Virus record (IMG/VR): IMGVR_UViG_3300014969_000016
Coordinates: 51,715 to 115,714 of that record
Reading direction: 5' to 3' (one strand)
Source of the DNA: a virus
Lineage: Duplodnaviria > Caudoviricetes
DNA length: 64,000 nt
Shown here: positions 56,705-64,000 of the stretch, one piece after another
Layout of the letters: each line of letters begins with the position of its first letter
Position numbering within the stretch: the stretch's first letter is position 1
Notes under the pieces: generated by a model
Database searches by the model: none
Told to the model about the DNA's origin: nothing
Seen by the model: only the letters and a program-made list of their open reading frames with translations
Made by a program: the position numbers and the translations under genes

Positions 56705-57202
56705 TCACGTCTTCTTACGAGCGGTGACGGTGATGTAGCCGGAGCAGAGGGGGCACGGCTTGACCCTCTTGTCCTTGGCAGTGAGCACCATCCCGGTCCA
56801 CTCCCACACGTTGCGGTTGTTGGAGTGTGACTCGGGATTCTTGGCGTTCATCCGGTCAACCTTCCTAGTAAGCCCTCGTTTGGCAGCGCCGTTAACGATA
56901 GAGCCAACAGCGTTGTTGCGGTGCTGACCTGTACCTCCCCTGGGCTTGCCGATCATGTCAGTGAGTATCTCACTATGGAATGTCTCATGGGTGCGAGCGA
57001 TGACGTGGTTCCACGTGTGCTTGGCGAGGTCGGACCAATCAGGGACTGCAGCCTCGGCCGTAGACATCCCAATTTCCTTCAACTGATCGCCGGAAAGTTT
57101 GTGCCCATTGGTAACGGTTGGTGTGATAACAGGAGGGATAACACAACACCACAGTGGGATGATGCGCTTCCGTCGTTTCGGAATGATCCGCTTCCGTGTC
57201 AC
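56705..57202 (-). CDS. hypothetical DNA-binding protein (alternative start 57067)
   Basis: GTGA overlap with the primase stop; NAVGSIVNGAAKRGL. Confidence 0.5.
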   Translation of the reverse strand: MTRKRIIPKRRKRIIPLWCCVIPPVITPTVTNGHKLSGDQLKEIGMSTAEAAVPDWSDLAKHTWNHVIARTHETFHSEILTDMIGKPRGGTGQHRNNAVGSIVNGAAKRGLTRKVDRMNAKNPESHSNNRNVWEWTGMVLTAKDKRVKPCPLCSGYITVTARKKT

Positions 57203-58128
57203 AGACCCATCCTGGTAGTGCGGCCCCAACTTTCTAGTAGGGCGTCGTCGGATACTACATCACCAGGATCCTTGGCGGGTTCTCCGTCCTCGTCGTACAG
57301 CCCCTCGTAGTTCCAGCGGATGGGCGCCGTCCCGGCCCGCTTGAGCATCGGGCAGATCTGCTCGCACGCATCGTTGCCGGTCTTGTCGTTGTCGAGAGCG
57401 AGGAAGACACGGGTGAAGGTGCGTGCGAGCAGACCTATCTGTTCGGCCGAGACGTAGGCACCCAAGGAGGAGAGTGCCGGGATACCGAGGCCGAACAGAC
57501 GGACGGCGTCGAGGGGTGACTCCACCAGGGCACAGAACGATCCCTCGCAGCACTGGTGGAAGCCGAAGAACGTCTGGCTCTTCGGTAACCCCTCGGGGAG
57601 TGTGACAACGTTGCCCTTCTGGCGGTACTGGGCGCCGAGCAGGTCGCCGTCCACGGAACGCAGGGGCAGCACCCACTGACGGTGCTCCCGGTACCAGCGA
57701 ACCTCATACCGGTCTATCGCCGTGCGTTGCAGGCGGCGGAAGGTCAGCAGGTTCTCTGGCACGGGGACCATGTCGTTCCACAAGGCGTAGTCGGTGAGGA
57801 CCGGCATCACCGGGGACAGGACCGGGGCCGGATCCTCTCGGACCTCGGCCATCTTGCGCAGGAAGCCCTGCTTGGACAGTTCCTTGTCGAGATCGTCGGG
57901 GGCCGACCCGGTGACATCGATCAGCAGTTGCTGGAGGGTGCTGCCGCCGTAGTTGCAGGAGAAGCAGTGGTGTTCGTACGTGGTCTTGTTGATCGACCAC
58001 GATGGGTGAGCGTCGGTCTTGCCCGTACGTTGAGCATGCATGGGGCAGGGCGCCCACACCTCCGAGCGTGACTGTCGCACGGGCACGATGCCCGCATTCT
58101 CCAGGATGGTGTACAGGTCGGGCGTCAC
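57199..58128 (-). CDS. dnaG: DNA primase (Zn finger + TOPRIM)
   Basis: CPMH...HCFSC; LVESPLDA; LALDND..G; KDPGD. Confidence 0.9.
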   Translation of the reverse strand: MTPDLYTILENAGIVPVRQSRSEVWAPCPMHAQRTGKTDAHPSWSINKTTYEHHCFSCNYGGSTLQQLLIDVTGSAPDDLDKELSKQGFLRKMAEVREDPAPVLSPVMPVLTDYALWNDMVPVPENLLTFRRLQRTAIDRYEVRWYREHRQWVLPLRSVDGDLLGAQYRQKGNVVTLPEGLPKSQTFFGFHQCCEGSFCALVESPLDAVRLFGLGIPALSSLGAYVSAEQIGLLARTFTRVFLALDNDKTGNDACEQICPMLKRAGTAPIRWNYEGLYDEDGEPAKDPGDVVSDDALLESWGRTTRMGL

Positions 58129-59453
58129 GGGTCGTAGTCCTCATCGTCTCGGGTGGCCCAACGACGGCGGGCAGCAGGGCTGAGTTGCTGACGCGCCTTG
58201 GCTACATCGATTTCGGTGACTGATCCCCCCGACCAGTCCCACTCCAACAACGTGTCCCGGCGTGGGCCGGAACGAGATTCAACGACTCTGAACTTGACAA
58301 TGGCTGGCCCGGAATTGACCTCATCGACTAACTCAGATGGCTCCTTGTCTTCGCGTACCCTCTCCACCCCGAGCATGATGTCGCAATCCTGACCCCATGC
58401 CTGGGAGTACATCGCTGACGAGAGGGACAGCCCCGACTTGGACCGTGTCAACGATGCCTGTGTTGTAACAACGATTGGTATCTTCTGCGACTGGGCGAGG
58501 CGCTTCAAGCCTCGGCTGATGCTGGTCATCGCCTGGGGGGAGCCTGCCTCTACCCCCGCTTGCTCCGACTGCATGAGATAAGCACCATCCACGAACACCA
58601 CGTCGGGTTGGTACTGCTGGACCTTGGCCTGTACACCGGAAACGGTTGTCGCCGCCGTGATGTCGGTGGAGAAGATGAACGGGCGCATCCCCTCCACCTG
58701 ACGGAGTGCTTTCTGAACAGCCTTGAACTCCTTCTCCGTGAGGGTGCCGTTCATGATCTTGGTGAGTGACACGTTGGAGTACAGCGACACCAGGCGGTCG
58801 GTCTGCTCCACGTTGGACATCTCGTAGCCGATGAAGCAGGCCACCTTGGCCTGCAGGTGGACGGCCTTGGCCATCGCCAACAGCGTGGCGCTCTTGAACG
58901 ACTTGGGCGTGCCCAGCAGCACCACGTACTGCTCCGGCTGCAGACCACCCGTGACGTAGTCGATGCCGTTGAAGCCTGTGGAGATACCACGGAGCATGCC
59001 GGGGTTGTCCATGCGGTCGAGTAGCAGTTCCTCCATCGCCACACGGGCCGAGGTGAAGTCGAAGTCCAACGAGTTGGATGTCTCCAACCGTGCCTGGATC
59101 AGCGCCTCCTGCAGGATGGTCACCATCTCGTCGGGCTGCTCCGTGTTGACGTAGTCGGCAGCGGCGCTCAGACCCTGGGTGAGGATGACGTACTTGCGGT
59201 CCTGCTGCATCCGTTCGATCAGGTAGGACAGCGCTTGCTTCTGCGGCTTCCAGCGGGCGGTGGGGAACGCCTGGGCCACGACGTGCTCGTCGGGTGCGGT
59301 GCCGTGTCGGCCGAAGTGATCCAGGAGGAACTGGAACACCCGTTTGTACTCGTCGTTACGGAAGAACTCCGTGGTGATGCGGGCGTTGACCGCCGCACCC
59401 ATCTCTTCTTCCAGGATCACCTTGGAGAGGAAGGCGTGTGCCCAATCGGCCAC
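58125..59453 (-). CDS. dnaB: DnaB-like replicative helicase
   Basis: GISTGF..ID..TGGLQ, GTPKSFKS, YEMS, VFVDG, ISRGLKRLA, QDCD, SRSGP. Confidence 0.9.
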   Translation of the reverse strand: MADWAHAFLSKVILEEEMGAAVNARITTEFFRNDEYKRVFQFLLDHFGRHGTAPDEHVVAQAFPTARWKPQKQALSYLIERMQQDRKYVILTQGLSAAADYVNTEQPDEMVTILQEALIQARLETSNSLDFDFTSARVAMEELLLDRMDNPGMLRGISTGFNGIDYVTGGLQPEQYVVLLGTPKSFKSATLLAMAKAVHLQAKVACFIGYEMSNVEQTDRLVSLYSNVSLTKIMNGTLTEKEFKAVQKALRQVEGMRPFIFSTDITAATTVSGVQAKVQQYQPDVVFVDGAYLMQSEQAGVEAGSPQAMTSISRGLKRLAQSQKIPIVVTTQASLTRSKSGLSLSSAMYSQAWGQDCDIMLGVERVREDKEPSELVDEVNSGPAIVKFRVVESRSGPRRDTLLEWDWSGGSVTEIDVAKARQQLSPAARRRWATRDDEDYDP

Positions 59454-59872
59454 TAGAAATCCTCCCCTCGTATGACGGCGTGGCCCGCTTGACCATACTC
59501 GTCCAGACGTTGGGGGCTGGAATCATAGATGGCCCTGATGTCGGGCTTGAACCGCAGGGTATTCACGAACGAGTCGTAACCCAGGTATCGGATCGAGTCG
59601 TAGGGTATGCCAGCTAGCTCCAGGTACTCGGCTGCCTCGTCTGCCAGGCGCTGGTCCACGAACGTGACGATCTCCACGTCGTAGTCAGGCCAACGCTGGG
59701 CGATGGACACCATGCGCTTGAGCGGCACCTCATGCCAACTGATGTGATACGTAGGTGGTTGACGACGTAGGTGGCGCTTAGCCCCCTCGGTCACGGCCAC
59801 CAGGCAGAGGACGCCCTCTAGTATGACAACAAGCTTCTCACGGTTGTAGACCGCTAGGTCACCGTTCTGCAT
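59453..59872 (-). CDS. HAD-fold-like hypothetical protein
   Basis: VVILEGVL; position between loader and helicase. Confidence 0.5.
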   Translation of the reverse strand: MQNGDLAVYNREKLVVILEGVLCLVAVTEGAKRHLRRQPPTYHISWHEVPLKRMVSIAQRWPDYDVEIVTFVDQRLADEAAEYLELAGIPYDSIRYLGYDSFVNTLRFKPDIRAIYDSSPQRLDEYGQAGHAVIRGEDF

Positions 59873-60425
59873 AGCACGTCACGAACCAGATCTGGATGAC
59901 CTTCTCCAGCCCATCCAGTTGTGGGTCACCAGGTGGCATGTCCGTGGCTATGACAGTGGGCAGGCCGCTCTTCACCCGTTGGAACAACCGGGGAAGCGCA
60001 TGCTTACGGAAGAAGGTGATGTCGTGCTCTTCGTAGAGGTCATCGATCCACAGCAGCTTCAAGTCCCACAGCTTGCGGACAGCATCTTCGAAGCTCGCTG
60101 ATTCGACGTAGAGGTCGTAGTCACCGGAGTTGCCCTGCGACACCTTGTTGGCCGACCACGACTCACGGATGCGATCCATGAGGTTGGTGGCGGTGACGTA
60201 GTCCCAGGCGAAGTCGTCATCGATCTCTCGGACCATGCGCTTGGCGGCAGTGGAAGCGATGTACGTGGAACCTGCGCCACGATCCCCGTAGACCCACAGC
60301 CCGACCTGAGCTTGCTCACCAGCCAGACCACGCTCGCAGTTCTCCTGCCACAACGTGACGGCTTTCTGCTGGTGGTCGTGCAGGCTGCCGAAGCGACCTG
60401 GTCCAGGGATGATGAGTTTCGACAA
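59859..60425 (-). CDS. DnaC/IstB-like helicase loader
   Basis: GLWVYGDRGAGST, LLWIDDL, RVKSGLPTVIATD. Confidence 0.75.
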   Translation of the reverse strand: MSKLIIPGPGRFGSLHDHQQKAVTLWQENCERGLAGEQAQVGLWVYGDRGAGSTYIASTAAKRMVREIDDDFAWDYVTATNLMDRIRESWSANKVSQGNSGDYDLYVESASFEDAVRKLWDLKLLWIDDLYEEHDITFFRKHALPRLFQRVKSGLPTVIATDMPPGDPQLDGLEKVIQIWFVTCYAER

Positions 60426-60533
60426 ACCGAACTACTCCTACTGCACCATATGACCGGGAGTCCCCCAGGGTTTACCCCAGGTCCATGGCCATGGCCACTG
60501 GCCCTGGGGGAAGTCCGGTTTGAGCCACTGACT

Positions 60534-61448
60534 CTAGGACTCGGATCCTTGGCGTGTCAAGCGCTCCCGTTCGAAGTACTCCCGTGCCGATGGACGGGCA
60601 CGGTGAACCTTGCCCTCTCGCCCCCACCACCCGACGAAACGCATGAACGCCGACTGGTTCTCCTTGAAGGTCATCCGGCCAGCCGTGGCGATGAACTCAT
60701 CGATGAACGTGCGGACCTCGTCCTCGGTGTACACCCGACCGGCAGCCGGGGCCAGGAACGTCGCCCGGATGTAGCCCACCGTCGCCTTGATCGACTCGGC
60801 GGGACGGATCTTGCGCAGCCGTGGTATCTCAACAGCCACCTTCTGTTCCCACTCGTTGAGGAAGTAGTTGGCCAGTCGCCGTGACGGGTCGGGATCCTTG
60901 GCCCGTGGTCGCTTGGTGGCGCGGCGGTCCCCGGCTGCCATGGCGATCTCTTCTGCACGGCTCTTGTCCACCCCCACAAGCGTAGTTTGGGCGGCGGCAT
61001 CGCCGCCCAAACGAACCGCAGGTTCAGAACACGAAGTGTTCGGAACCGTAGGTTCCCTGCCTGTTACTGGTGTTACGTAAGTAACACTAGGTATCGGAGG
61101 AAGATTCTTCGTCATTGATGCCGAAGATCTTTCGTCATGCTCTAGCAACTCGGTGATGTGATACAGGTTGGTTCGGCTGCTCACTCCGACCCCGGCATCT
61201 GGTATCACAGTGAGCAGTCCTGACTCCTGTGCCCAGCGCACGTAGTTCTGGATGCTGCGTGTCGTCACACCCATCTCTCGGGCCAGGCGTTCTTGGCCGG
61301 GGTACACGTTGGGATACCACCCGGCGATCTTCTCCAGGAACGCCTTGACCCCCACCCACTGGCGCGCCGAGAGGTTGTCGGGCTTCTTCATTGCACGGAC
61401 GACAGCGAAGGCTTGCCGTCGTGCTGTCTTTCCCCTACCCTGTGCCAT
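60534..61448 (-). CDS. HTH replication initiator-like protein
   Basis: YPGQERLAREMGVTTRSIQNYV...GLL...TNLY; upstream of loader, helicase and primase. Confidence 0.7.
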   Translation of the reverse strand: MAQGRGKTARRQAFAVVRAMKKPDNLSARQWVGVKAFLEKIAGWYPNVYPGQERLAREMGVTTRSIQNYVRWAQESGLLTVIPDAGVGVSSRTNLYHITELLEHDERSSASMTKNLPPIPSVTYVTPVTGREPTVPNTSCSEPAVRLGGDAAAQTTLVGVDKSRAEEIAMAAGDRRATKRPRAKDPDPSRRLANYFLNEWEQKVAVEIPRLRKIRPAESIKATVGYIRATFLAPAAGRVYTEDEVRTFIDEFIATAGRMTFKENQSAFMRFVGWWGREGKVHRARPSAREYFERERLTRQGSES

Positions 61449-61481
61449 GACGCGCTCTCCTTCCCAAAGGCAAAGCGTCGT

Positions 61482-61512
61482 GAAGAGGCCGGGTGCTTGC
61501 CCCGGCCTCTTC
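61482..61512. terminator. 12-bp hairpin
   Basis: GAAGAGGCCGGG-N7-CCCGGCCTCTTC. Confidence 0.6.
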
Positions 61513-61516
61513 CTCG

Positions 61517-61714
61517 TTACTCGGGCAAGACTTCCACCTTGACCCGCATGCTGTCCAGACCCGGCTCTAGGTGGATGATGATCTCGTTCTTGTAGTTGCC
61601 GTGGATGTCGGTGGCCAGCGAGCAGAGCACGTCATGGCCCATCAGGTGGCCGATCAGCATGCCCGTGTTCAGGGCGTGGTCGTCGTTGACGAAGTAGGGC
61701 GGCTGCTTGTTCAT
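61517..61714 (-). CDS. hypothetical protein
   Basis: ORF in minus-strand run. Confidence 0.5.
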   Translation of the reverse strand: MNKQPPYFVNDDHALNTGMLIGHLMGHDVLCSLATDIHGNYKNEIIIHLEPGLDSMRVKVEVLPE

Positions 61715-61874
61715 GAGTGATCATCCAACCATTGCTGGAAGGAGTCAGTGAACCCGCCACCGGCAGCCATGTAGGCCTCAAACGCCTTCTGATCGGCGGG
61801 CGACAGGCTCGCGAACCACTTGTTGTGTTCGGCCTCCCCCTCGTCCAGCAGACGCTCAAATTCCTCGTCGTCGG

Positions 61875-62267
61875 TCATGATCTCTCCAGTCGGGGATACT
61901 TGCGTAACAGCTTCTCAACCACCACTGTGGCCTCTTCGGACGGCTCTTCGATGTCGGCCTGGCCGTGGTCGGCAGCCTCGTTGCCCGAGTCGAACAGGTC
62001 GTCGCTGGCCTCGGGGATGTCTCCGGTGTAGCCACGCAACCGGAGGGCGAGCAGTTCGTGCTCATGGCCTCGGTTCTCATGGACGGCCACCCAGCCGTGG
62101 CACAGGTGGTCGGGCGTGGCGTGGCAGGCGAAGTAGGCGAACGGCTGGTCGCAGGTCACGTTGTCATAGTCGCGCAGCTTCTCGTACTCATCGGCCGACC
62201 ACACACCGGACGGCACGTCACGCCGGTAGGGGCAGGACGAGCACGGCTGGGAACGTACGCCGCTCAC
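61875..62267 (-). CDS. DUF6283-like Cys-rich protein
   Basis: PCSSCPYRRDVPSGVW..EYEKL...FACH...CHGW. Confidence 0.7.
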   Translation of the reverse strand: MSGVRSQPCSSCPYRRDVPSGVWSADEYEKLRDYDNVTCDQPFAYFACHATPDHLCHGWVAVHENRGHEHELLALRLRGYTGDIPEASDDLFDSGNEAADHGQADIEEPSEEATVVVEKLLRKYPRLERS

Positions 62268-63415
62268 GCTGTGGCCTCCGGTTCGTCGCTCTCCGGGGGA
62301 GCGATGTCGTTGATCAGTTCACGATAGGTGCGCAGGTTGCTCTCGGCCCGCTTGGCTCTCGCCTCGGCCGCAGCCTGGGCGGCGGCGACTTCCTCCAGGC
62401 GCTCCATGAACCCGTCCACCTGTCCGTTGAGGGTGTCGATCTGCTCCCGCAGGATGGTGTTGCGACCACGGTCAGCGATGGTGGCGATCTTGTCGAGCGC
62501 TTCCTCGGGCGTCAACTCGGTCGGCGCCTCTTCCTCGCTGCTGGGGTGCAGCGGGATGACCCGGTGGTCGATGATCCAGGTGGCGACCCACTCGGCCTGA
62601 TCGACCACGGTGAAGTCGATGCCCTGGGCAGCCGCAGCGGCCAGTGCTCCGTTGATCTCGCTGCGCAGGCGACGGATCCGTGCCTTCTTGGCCGGGACGT
62701 AGCTGGGATCGACACCGTCCGGGTCGGCCTGGGGCTGCTTGCCCAGGCCACGCTTGTGGCTGGCGTTGTGTCGTGCCGTCGAGTGCGGGGACTCGTTGGT
62801 GTAGGGGCAGTCATCCCACCGACAGGCGTAGTCGGTGGTGCCGTCGTTCCAGGTCCGCTCCATCACGGCGTCGGACGGGTACGTGGTGGAGACACCATCG
62901 ACGGTGTTGCCCGAATGGGCCGACCACGGCTCTTCCTTCAAGATGCGACGCTTGCGGTGTTTCCCAGTCACGACGGGGGCCGGTTCCGACTCCGAACCGC
63001 CACTCTCAGCAGGCGGAACCGACTCCGGTTGTGACTGGGCCTCTGTGATACCAACAGCGTTCACTTCCGACGCCAGACGAAGGAGCATCTGAGCGTGGCC
63101 CTGGTCGATCTTGGTCCGGTCGATGACCTGCTGCACCATGGCCGTCACCGGGAGGTTGATGATCCGGTGCCGGAAGATCTTCCGTGCTCGCTGCCGGAAG
63201 GCGTTCATGTTGATGGTGTCTTTGTTGGGGATCTCGATCCGCTGGTTGTCGGAAGAGGTCATGATGACGAACCCGCCCGGTCCCCGGTCCACTCTCCAAC
63301 CGCAGTAGTAGCCGACCCACAGGAGCGCTCTGGCTTCTCGGAGTCGGAGATCCTTGATCAACTCTTGGTCGATCTCGGGGAGATCGGATGCCCAGTCGTG
63401 TCCGTTGTCGCTCAT
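62264..63415 (-). CDS. protein with C2H2 finger and C-terminal coiled coil
   Basis: YACRWDDCPYT...TARHNASH. Confidence 0.65.
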   Translation of the reverse strand: MSDNGHDWASDLPEIDQELIKDLRLREARALLWVGYYCGWRVDRGPGGFVIMTSSDNQRIEIPNKDTINMNAFRQRARKIFRHRIINLPVTAMVQQVIDRTKIDQGHAQMLLRLASEVNAVGITEAQSQPESVPPAESGGSESEPAPVVTGKHRKRRILKEEPWSAHSGNTVDGVSTTYPSDAVMERTWNDGTTDYACRWDDCPYTNESPHSTARHNASHKRGLGKQPQADPDGVDPSYVPAKKARIRRLRSEINGALAAAAAQGIDFTVVDQAEWVATWIIDHRVIPLHPSSEEEAPTELTPEEALDKIATIADRGRNTILREQIDTLNGQVDGFMERLEEVAAAQAAAEARAKRAESNLRTYRELINDIAPPESDEPEATA

Positions 63416-63447
63416 GATCTTGCTCCCACTAGTAACACAGTGGTGTC

Positions 63448-63478
63448 AAGATACCGTACCTTTGACTAGGACACAACA
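63448..63478 (-). promoter_or_regulatory. promoter TTGTGT-N17-TATCTT
   Basis: CGTGTTGTG core with upstream AAAGATTC. Confidence 0.7.
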
Positions 63479-63566
63479 CGTTTCCGAATCTTTGTGTGTC
63501 AACACGCGCAACGGCCCCCGCACCCACGGGCACGGGGGCCGCTGCTACTTCCAGGCGCCGGTTGAA

Positions 63567-64000
63567 TTACGCCTGGAGGGCTTGGACGATGCGGGCGAAC
63601 ACTGCCGCCGCCACGTCATCCACGATTCCTTCGAACCCGGTGTTGGGTTCGTCGTCGTCCTCGCCATCCTCCACCGTCTTGGTGACGGGCGGGGTGCTGA
63701 CCTCCACGGCCGGGGTGTCGTCCTTGGACTCCCCGAGGATGCGGTCGATGTAGGTGGCCATGCGGGTGCGGGGCGGGAGGGTGAAGCCCATGCCCTCAGC
63801 GATCTCCTTGAGATCGTCCAGCTTCATGTCCTCCAACTCGTCACGGGTGTAGCCCTTGGTCTTGGGCTTGGCCCCGTTGGCGCTGGCTGCTGCTGCCACC
63901 TTCTTGGCGGGCTTCTTGGTGGGGGTGGGCACTTCGTCCTCTTCCTCGTCTTCGGTTGCGGCTGCGGTGACCCCGTCTCCACCGAGTTCGATCTCGCCCA
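63567..64000 (-). CDS. Rho N-terminal-like domain protein (runs off the window)
   Basis: ELEDMKLDDLKEIAEGMG...YIDRIL. Confidence 0.55.
   Translation of the reverse strand, partial: GEIELGGDGVTAAATEDEEEDEVPTPTKKPAKKVAAAASANGAKPKTKGYTRDELEDMKLDDLKEIAEGMGFTLPPRTRMATYIDRILGESKDDTPAVEVSTPPVTKTVEDGEDDDEPNTGFEGIVDDVAAAVFARIVQALQA

Overview
High-GC window from a large tailed dsDNA phage, probably infecting an actinobacterium (leaderless genes, TANNNT -10 boxes, actinobacterial-type DnaA box). Almost all genes are on the minus strand. Layout: (1) 1-5.0 kb small hypothetical genes, several with Zn fingers; (2) 5.0-6.0 kb non-coding region dense in GTTGCTAG motifs; (3) 6.0-11.9 kb array of one- or two-gene cassettes, each opened by a related 40-60 bp hairpin/promoter repeat (TTGTGA-N16/17-TACACT); (4) 11.9-12.5 kb non-coding region with a DnaA-box pair and hairpins; (5) 12.5-23 kb accessory genes with Ku and a divergent MoxR-AAA / vWA-metallopeptidase pair; (6) 23-45 kb virion-associated and lysis genes, including an endolysin, candidate holins and two long fibre-like proteins built by nested domain insertion; (7) 45-64 kb replication/recombination module (SpoVS, two resolvase-like nucleases, Cas4-like exonuclease, RecA, PolA, gp32-like SSB, SNF2 helicase, primase, DnaB, DnaC-like loader, HTH initiator). 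No capsid, large terminase, integrase, tRNA or CRISPR array was recognised. The best candidates for novelty are the promoter-hairpin cassette array with its bounding non-coding regions, the nested architecture of the fibre proteins, a shared RRxIP terminal peptide on replication proteins, and an ATC-initiated resolvase. All protein calls come from motif recognition by eye; no database search was run.
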